Below are positions 28,270 through 33,536 of a stretch of DNA of 33,536 nucleotides, in pieces. The translations under genes were made by a program, and so were the position numbers. This DNA is from Candidatus Sysuiplasma jiujiangense. Its GTDB lineage: Archaea; Thermoplasmatota; Thermoplasmata; Sysuiplasmatales; Sysuiplasmataceae. The stretch's first letter is position 1. Each line of letters starts with the position of its first letter. The stretch is from assembly GCA_019721075.1 (NCBI GenBank), contig JAHEAD010000020.1, positions 1 to 33,536 of the forward strand, given 5' to 3'. The notes beneath the pieces were generated by a model. The model worked only from the letters and a program-made list of their open reading frames with translations, was not told where the DNA came from and ran no database searches.

Positions 28270-29466
28270 TTGTCCGGGAAAAAAGTTGCAAAGCTGCGGG
28301 CGGAGAGGCTGGCAACGTCATGCGTCCATGCGGGAGAAATGACTGATTACATGACCGGGTCGGTGACGACTCCAATATTTCAGGCATCTACTTTTTACTA
28401 TCCTTATGCAATAGACAGGGACGGGCGCTATACAGACGCAAAGGCACCCTATTTCTACACCAGGCTTATGAATCCCACTGTCAGGGTGGCGGAACGGAAA
28501 CTCAGCATGATAGAGGGGACAGAGGATGCAGTTGCATTTTCAAGCGGGATGGCCGCGATTTCAACCGCCGTTCTCGAAATAATGCAGACAAGAGGGCACA
28601 TTATCTCAGTAAGGGATCTTTATGGCGGTACGTTCTCTTTATTCACTGAAATTCTGCCTTCGCTCGGCCACAGTGCATCATTTTTCAGCAGGAATGACGT
28701 GGACAGTATCGACACCATGATAAAGGAGAATACGAGGGCCGTTTACGTGGAAACACCGACAAATCCTACTCTCGACATATACGATATTGAACGCATTTTC
28801 AGCGTTGCGCATGAACACGGTCTGGTTACGATCATAGACAACACCTTTCCCTCGCCTGTCAACATGCGCCCCCATAGTTTTGGCGCGGACATCGTTCTCC
28901 ACAGCGCGACAAAATATCTATCCGGCCATTCTGACATTGTCGCCGGAATGGTGGCCGGAGGAAGCGGAATCGTAGGAAGGATCAGGGAAATGCAGTCGGT
29001 TCTAGGCGGAAGCATGGATCCCTTTGCCGGATATCTCCTCGATCGCGGAATGAAGACTCTTGAACTCAGGGTAAAAAGGCAAAACGAGAATGCGATGGCT
29101 ATTGCGCGATTCCTGGAGGATTGCAAGGGCATAGGAAGGGTGCTCTATCCTGGTCTTCCATCTCACGAAGGGCATGATATCGCAAGGAGATTGATGAAAG
29201 GTTACGGAGGGATGGTTTCGTTCGAAGTCGGCAGGAGGATGGAGGACGCAGAACGCTTTATCAGGAAGTTGAAAATACCAAAGGTTGCGGCGAGTCTTGG
29301 AAGTGTCGAGTCGCTAGTGACTATTCCGGCGCAGACTTCGCACAGACAGATGTCCCCTGCCGAGAGGCGTGGGAGGGGGATAAGCGACTGCCTCGTCAGG
29401 CTCTCGGTTGGCGTTGAAGATTGCGAGGATCTGATCGAAGATATATCGTCCGCACTGGGAAAATGA
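28270..29466 (+). CDS. Cys/Met metabolism PLP enzyme (cystathionine gamma-synthase/lyase or methionine gamma-lyase)
   Basis: Motifs YTRLMNPT, FSSGMAAI, ETPTNP, DNTF, HSATKYLSGHSD, SLGSVESL and RLSVGVED. SD 'gaggag' precedes the TTG. Confidence 0.93.
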   Translation: MSGKKVAKLRAERLATSCVHAGEMTDYMTGSVTTPIFQASTFYYPYAIDRDGRYTDAKAPYFYTRLMNPTVRVAERKLSMIEGTEDAVAFSSGMAAISTAVLEIMQTRGHIISVRDLYGGTFSLFTEILPSLGHSASFFSRNDVDSIDTMIKENTRAVYVETPTNPTLDIYDIERIFSVAHEHGLVTIIDNTFPSPVNMRPHSFGADIVLHSATKYLSGHSDIVAGMVAGGSGIVGRIREMQSVLGGSMDPFAGYLLDRGMKTLELRVKRQNENAMAIARFLEDCKGIGRVLYPGLPSHEGHDIARRLMKGYGGMVSFEVGRRMEDAERFIRKLKIPKVAASLGSVESLVTIPAQTSHRQMSPAERRGRGISDCLVRLSVGVEDCEDLIEDISSALGK

Positions 29467-29470
29467 TGAC

Positions 29471-30094
29471 ATGATCCTGAACGATGACGTGTTGAAGATC
29501 GGTGCTGAAGCGCGGATAAGCCGCACATATTTCCTCGGGCGCAAGGCAGTCGTAAAACAGAGGGTCCGCAAATCCTATCGTGATGAAAGGCTTGACAGGA
29601 GAATTACTGTGCAGCGAATCAGAAATGAGGCCAGGTGTATGGTGGCGGCCAGAAATGCCGGGCTTAATGTTCCAAGAATATATGACGTGGATGAGGACGA
29701 GGGAAGGATAGTCATGGAATTCATTGACGGCCGAAGACTTAACCAGCTGCTCTATGAAGCGGACAGGGAATACCGGATTCTGCTTGAGGCGCTGCTCGGT
29801 TCCTCGATAGGGCTGATGCACAGCTCAGGCATTTCCCATGGTGATATAACAACATCGAATGTCATAGTGCGCAACGGTCTTCTATATTTTATCGATTTTT
29901 CGTTCGCTTCCAGGTCTGCTAACGAAGAGACGATGGGAGTCGATATCAGGCTACTGAGGGAGGTCTACAGATCTACGCACACGGAGTTTGAATCTGAGCT
30001 AGGTCTGATAGAGGACGCATATCTGAGGAACGGCGGAAAGCACGAAATTCTCGAGAAGGCCGATGAAATACAATCCAGGGCACGGTACACGTGA
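29471..30094 (+). CDS. bud32: KEOPS complex kinase/ATPase Bud32 (stand-alone)
   Basis: GAEA, 'KQRVRKSYRDERLD..R..NEAR', HGDITTSN, IDFS and C-terminal 'RARY'. Confidence 0.92.
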   Translation: MILNDDVLKIGAEARISRTYFLGRKAVVKQRVRKSYRDERLDRRITVQRIRNEARCMVAARNAGLNVPRIYDVDEDEGRIVMEFIDGRRLNQLLYEADREYRILLEALLGSSIGLMHSSGISHGDITTSNVIVRNGLLYFIDFSFASRSANEETMGVDIRLLREVYRSTHTEFESELGLIEDAYLRNGGKHEILEKADEIQSRARYT

Positions 30095-30660
30095 AAGCGC
30101 TTACTGTAATCACAACAAATGACGGAAAATTCAGGGAGTGTACGGATGCGTTGTCAGTATCAGATATCAGAATTCAAAGGCTGAATGCGCGGTATCCCGA
30201 AATACAGGCCGACAGCCTGGAGGAGGTGGTTGTCTTTGGTATGCAGTGGCTGAATGGAAAGGCGGATCCGCCTTTTGTTATCGATGATTCCGGCCTGTTC
30301 ATCGAAGGTCTCAAGGGATTCCCCGGGGTTTACAGTTCACATGCCTACAGAACGGTGGGGAACGACGGAATACTAAAATTAATGGAAGGCATTAGTGACA
30401 GGAAAGCTGTCTTCATGACGGTTATTGGCCTATTCAGCAACGGTAAGGCCCGGACCTTTAAAGGAGCATGCCATGGGAACATAGCCTATGCAGCGCGCGG
30501 GAACGGCGGGTTTGGTTTCGATCCGATTTTCTGCCCTGCGGGCAGCAGTAGAACCTTCGCAGAATTCAGTGTTTCCGAAAAAAATGAAATTTCGCACAGG
30601 GGTATAGCACTCCGAAAGCTGAAACAAACCCTGATCCGGGACAACGAGGAACAGGCGTAA
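30091..30660 (+). CDS. rdgB: RdgB/HAM1 non-canonical purine NTP pyrophosphatase
   Basis: Motifs TTNDGKFRE, DDSGL, GFPGVYS, GFGFDPIF and KNEISHRG. GTGA overlap with bud32. Confidence 0.95.
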   Translation: MKALTVITTNDGKFRECTDALSVSDIRIQRLNARYPEIQADSLEEVVVFGMQWLNGKADPPFVIDDSGLFIEGLKGFPGVYSSHAYRTVGNDGILKLMEGISDRKAVFMTVIGLFSNGKARTFKGACHGNIAYAARGNGGFGFDPIFCPAGSSRTFAEFSVSEKNEISHRGIALRKLKQTLIRDNEEQA

Positions 30661-30709
30661 AATGTGTTATCAGCGCCATGCAGTGCCAATTTGGAATTCA
30701 TGCACATAA

Positions 30710-30717
30710 GTTATAAG
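30710..30717 (+). promoter_or_regulatory. TATA box of tRNA-Pro
   Basis: 'gttataag' 25-32 nt upstream of the tRNA 5' end. Confidence 0.6.
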
Positions 30718-30741
30718 AGGAAAACATAATTTGCGTCCGCC

Positions 30742-30814
30742 GGGTCCGTGGGGTAGTTTGGTATCCTTCCAGCTTTGGGAGCTGGTGACCCCAGTTCAAA
30801 TCTGGGCGGACCCA
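30742..30814 (+). tRNA. tRNA-Pro(UGG), no intron, CCA not encoded
   Basis: Acceptor stem gggtccg/cggaccc. Anticodon arm ccagc-ttTGGga-gctgg with the anticodon at 30776-30778. T arm cccag-ttcaaat-ctggg. Confidence 0.97.
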
Positions 30815-30865
30815 ATCCATTTATCGTTCTAAACCGTTAAATATTGGGCTGAGAATCACTGATTC

Positions 30866-32197
30866 ATGACAAAAAGAGTCAGCCCCCGCGGAAGAGGCAC
30901 AGGGCAGGATTCAAAGCATGGCTATCTGCTGCAGGACGAAGACGTCAGAAGGTGGTACCTGAACGTCGCCCGGGGTTCACAGATAACGGCCGACGTGTAC
31001 CTGAGGCGTCTCGGCAATTTCAGGGAGGACACGAAACTGCTGCCGAAGGATCTTGTCAGGATGAATCAGAAGGCGCTCGGCAACCGTCTTCTGGATTACA
31101 TCGGCGAGAAGGAGGGGACGGTGTCGCCTGGATACCTGAACTCCGTCCTCAAGGCCGTCAGGTCATGGCTCAATTTCTATGGAAAGCCGCTGAAGACGAA
31201 GCTGACGGTGCGCCTGTCAAATTCCAGGCCGACCGTCGACGGCGAACGTGTGCCGACGCAGGATGAACTGAGGAGAATACTGCTCTCAGCGACGAAGAGG
31301 GACAGGGTGAGCGTCGCGCTCATGGCACACTCGGGCCTTCGCCCCGGTGTGCTGGGCAGCTATCTCGGGGACAACGGTCTCAGGGTGAGGGACTTGCCGG
31401 AATTGAAGATAGAGGGGAAGACGGTCAGTTTCGAGAAAATCCCTGCCATAATCGTCATTCCCATGGAACTCAGCAAAACCAGGAACAGGTACACCACATT
31501 CTTGTCGGAGGAAGGATGCGGCTATCTGAAAGAGTATCTTGAGGAACGCATCAGGGGAGGTGAGAAGCTGACGGCAGACAGTTCAGTCATCAGCCCGAAA
31601 TGGCTGGAGGGCAAGCAGTTCATAACAACGATAAAGGTGAGCGACGGCGTCCGTAATGCAATCAGGAAGGCGGGCTTCGAACACCGGCCATATGTTCTCA
31701 GGAGCTTCTTCGACACGCAGCTGCTTCTGGCAGAGAGCAAGATTGGACTGCCTCATGACTATAGAGTTCACTGGATGGGGCACAGCGGGAGCATGGAGGC
31801 TCGTTACACTGTGAACAAGAGTATGCCGGACAGCCTGGTGGAGGACATGCGTGCGTCTTACCTGAAATGCCAGCAGTTCCTGCAAACAATTCCACAGAAG
31901 GAGGAGCATGCGATCGAGAAGAGGCTGATACATGCCCTGCTTAAAATGGCACACTATGACGACAGAGAGATAGAGGCGGTGGATATCTCAAAACTGAGCG
32001 ACGAGCAGCTGGAAGAGATGCTCAGAAAAGGGTTCGGTGCGACAAACGGCGGCGGACAGGGGAACGGCAGCGGACATAACGGCGGTTTCAGGCAGAAACT
32101 GGTCGGTGCGCTCGAGCTTGAACGGTACGTGGAAGAGGGATGGGAAATAGTGCATGAACTGTTAGACGGAAGGATAGCGGTAAAACACAACGGCTGA
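30866..32197 (+). CDS. Tyrosine recombinase/integrase
   Basis: Catalytic pattern SGLRPG, SKT, RPYVLR (Y-x-x-R in place of H-x-x-R), WMGH and RY. Gly/Asn linker and a small C-terminal domain. TATA-like 'ttaaatat' at 30837-30844. Confidence 0.93.
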   Translation: MTKRVSPRGRGTGQDSKHGYLLQDEDVRRWYLNVARGSQITADVYLRRLGNFREDTKLLPKDLVRMNQKALGNRLLDYIGEKEGTVSPGYLNSVLKAVRSWLNFYGKPLKTKLTVRLSNSRPTVDGERVPTQDELRRILLSATKRDRVSVALMAHSGLRPGVLGSYLGDNGLRVRDLPELKIEGKTVSFEKIPAIIVIPMELSKTRNRYTTFLSEEGCGYLKEYLEERIRGGEKLTADSSVISPKWLEGKQFITTIKVSDGVRNAIRKAGFEHRPYVLRSFFDTQLLLAESKIGLPHDYRVHWMGHSGSMEARYTVNKSMPDSLVEDMRASYLKCQQFLQTIPQKEEHAIEKRLIHALLKMAHYDDREIEAVDISKLSDEQLEEMLRKGFGATNGGGQGNGSGHNGGFRQKLVGALELERYVEEGWEIVHELLDGRIAVKHNG

Positions 32198-32205
32198 CAG
32201 GTGTG

Positions 32206-32904
32206 TCATTTTCGTCCTTCGCGTTTAATCTGAAAAACCGCTTCCAGCCATTCCTCTATTTCCCTCAAGTGATATGGCATGTCTGCAGCTATCGATTCCC
32301 ACTGGTCGCCGATAATCTTCTCAAAATCATCTCGTCTGCAATTCATGAAGTAAAATGCAATATCGAGAAGTGTACCGAACTCGGCCAGTTCGTCCGCTAG
32401 CTGAAAGACAGCGGCGCTCGCGGAAAAGGTCATGCTGCTGTCGAAAGAAGGTCTGAATGAATATCCCCGTCCGTGCCTGTATCCTTTCTTCCCGAACAGA
32501 TACAGCGGCCTGTCGACGACGGCGTCGTGTGCCAATAGCCATTCGAGGCCACGCCTTACAGACATGCCTGCAACCTTCCGGCCGCAACTGTACCGCCCGG
32601 TGAATTCGAGCTCAATGCTGTCGGACGTGAAAGGGCCGTTACCGGTTATTGGCAGCTGACCGAAAACCAGCAACTTACTCTCATCATCGGCGGATTCTGC
32701 AACACGCCTACCAAGAGCATTCATACATTCCACAACTCGCAAGGCAACCGAAGGGGTTTCGATGCCAATGGGGCGGCCACGACGAGAAACGTTAGTCGAC
32801 AGTCTGAGCGATCCCAGCAATCCCGGATGGAATTTCTCACTTTCCCTGTGCGCAAACAACCAATCGGGGAGCGCCGGCTTTGTCGAATTGCGTTTTCTGT
32901 GCAT
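32206..32904 (-). CDS. Hypothetical protein, possibly a winged-helix DNA-binding protein
   Basis: 232-aa ORF that fills the gap, convergent with the integrase. 'SVRRGLEWLLAHDAV' followed by a basic beta segment only loosely suggests a wHTH. Confidence 0.6.
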   Translation of the reverse strand: MHRKRNSTKPALPDWLFAHRESEKFHPGLLGSLRLSTNVSRRGRPIGIETPSVALRVVECMNALGRRVAESADDESKLLVFGQLPITGNGPFTSDSIELEFTGRYSCGRKVAGMSVRRGLEWLLAHDAVVDRPLYLFGKKGYRHGRGYSFRPSFDSSMTFSASAAVFQLADELAEFGTLLDIAFYFMNCRRDDFEKIIGDQWESIAADMPYHLREIEEWLEAVFQIKREGRK

Positions 32905-32964
32905 AAATGTTGCCTGACAACATTTTCGAGCTATATTAATTCAAATAGTTTATCTAACCTTTTC

Positions 32965-33159
32965 ATGTTTGGCAAAAAATTAAAGGTCGTACGGTTAAAC
33001 AACAATCATTCCAATAGTGTGATAATACCAAAATTTCTCAATGTTGGCAACGTAATTTCCTTCGCAACTGATAATCGATTCGCTTTGATGGATCTTTCAG
33101 GCGAGACGGATCCGAACGAGCTACTGTTGGCGCTCAGTAGCATAGGGGTGAATAAATGA
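32965..33159 (+). CDS. Small protein (64 aa), possibly AbrB/MazE-like
   Basis: MFGKKLKVVRLNNNHSNSVIIPK resembles the swapped-hairpin 'S-x-x-V-x-I-P-K' pattern. 'tattaatt' lies about 25-30 nt upstream of ATG 32965. Confidence 0.55.
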   Translation: MFGKKLKVVRLNNNHSNSVIIPKFLNVGNVISFATDNRFALMDLSGETDPNELLLALSSIGVNK

Positions 33160-33335
33160 TCCAGACAGAGCATCTACGAAGTCTGGCAACAGAACTATCC
33201 TCGAAGAGCGAGCTTCGGGTGCTACTGTTCCTGCTGCCGCCCAGAGTAGACACAAATACCCTCCTAATGCAGACGAAATTATTAAGGGCACTCGCGCGAG
33301 CTGAAGACGCCTCAGCGCAATCCGGAGGCCGTTGA
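33156..33335 (+). CDS. Small hypothetical protein (59 aa), absent from the ORF track
   Basis: ATGA overlap with the upstream gene and SD 'ggggtga'. Translates as MIQTEHLRSLATELSSKSELRVLLFLLPP...SAQSGGR. Confidence 0.55.
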   Translation: MIQTEHLRSLATELSSKSELRVLLFLLPPRVDTNTLLMQTKLLRALARAEDASAQSGGR

Positions 33336-33536
33336 AAGGCTGATTTCCGGAAGTCCGGCTTCTTTAAGAGGCAAGCCGGACCGGAGGCTCTCACTATGTA
33401 TGTTATAGGACACCTGATATTTGTAGTTTCTCACGCTACCTATGGCGGACATAAAGGGTTAGGCAATGAGTGCCGCAGATACATCAGCTTCTGAAACATG
33501 ACCGACCTTCCATTCTTGCAGGAGCAGTGTCAGCCG

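Larger units (their letters stand above)
30815..33536. mobile_element. Left end of an integrated element (provirus, integrated plasmid or island) at tRNA-Pro
   Basis: Tyrosine integrase starts about 50 nt after the tRNA, and housekeeping genes give way to unknown small ORFs. The second att copy is not in the window. Confidence 0.8.

Noticed and set aside
139..32190. Many antisense or nested ORFs in the track (e.g. 1155-1646, 9455-9967, 17067-17597, 25863-26354)
   Set aside because: They overlap well-supported genes and have no recognisable motifs, so they are treated as shadow ORFs.
1..33536. CRISPR array, cas genes or rRNA
   Set aside because: No regularly spaced direct repeats, cas motifs or rRNA-like sequence seen by eye.

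Overview
Archaeal chromosomal window. Evidence for this includes IPK, type-2 IDI, archaeal GGPP synthase, RadB, Bud32, a tRNA gene without encoded CCA, and many TATA-driven leaderless starts. A Thermoplasmata-like host is my inference. From left to right it holds the 3' end of an ISH3/IS4-like transposase, a long-form isocitrate dehydrogenase and a ~1 kb gene-free spacer. Next is an oversized Opp/Dpp-type ABC operon (1325-aa binding protein, permease with a ~450-aa insertion, fused double ATPase), then two membrane proteins, a zinc-finger-like Met/Gly-tailed protein, an S9 peptidase and argF. A RecJ/YprB/metallophosphoesterase nuclease group and an HPr-kinase-like protein follow, then an ipk-fni-idsA isoprenoid cluster interrupted by an orphan CcrM-like methyltransferase. 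The right end has radB, a Cys/Met PLP enzyme-bud32-rdgB operon and tRNA-Pro(UGG), followed by the left end of an integrated element. The best leads are a GANTC cluster over the integrase start in a genome encoding a CcrM-like enzyme, the accessorised ABC importer, and the C-x2-D zinc-finger variant. All calls come from motif reading only, with no database searches.
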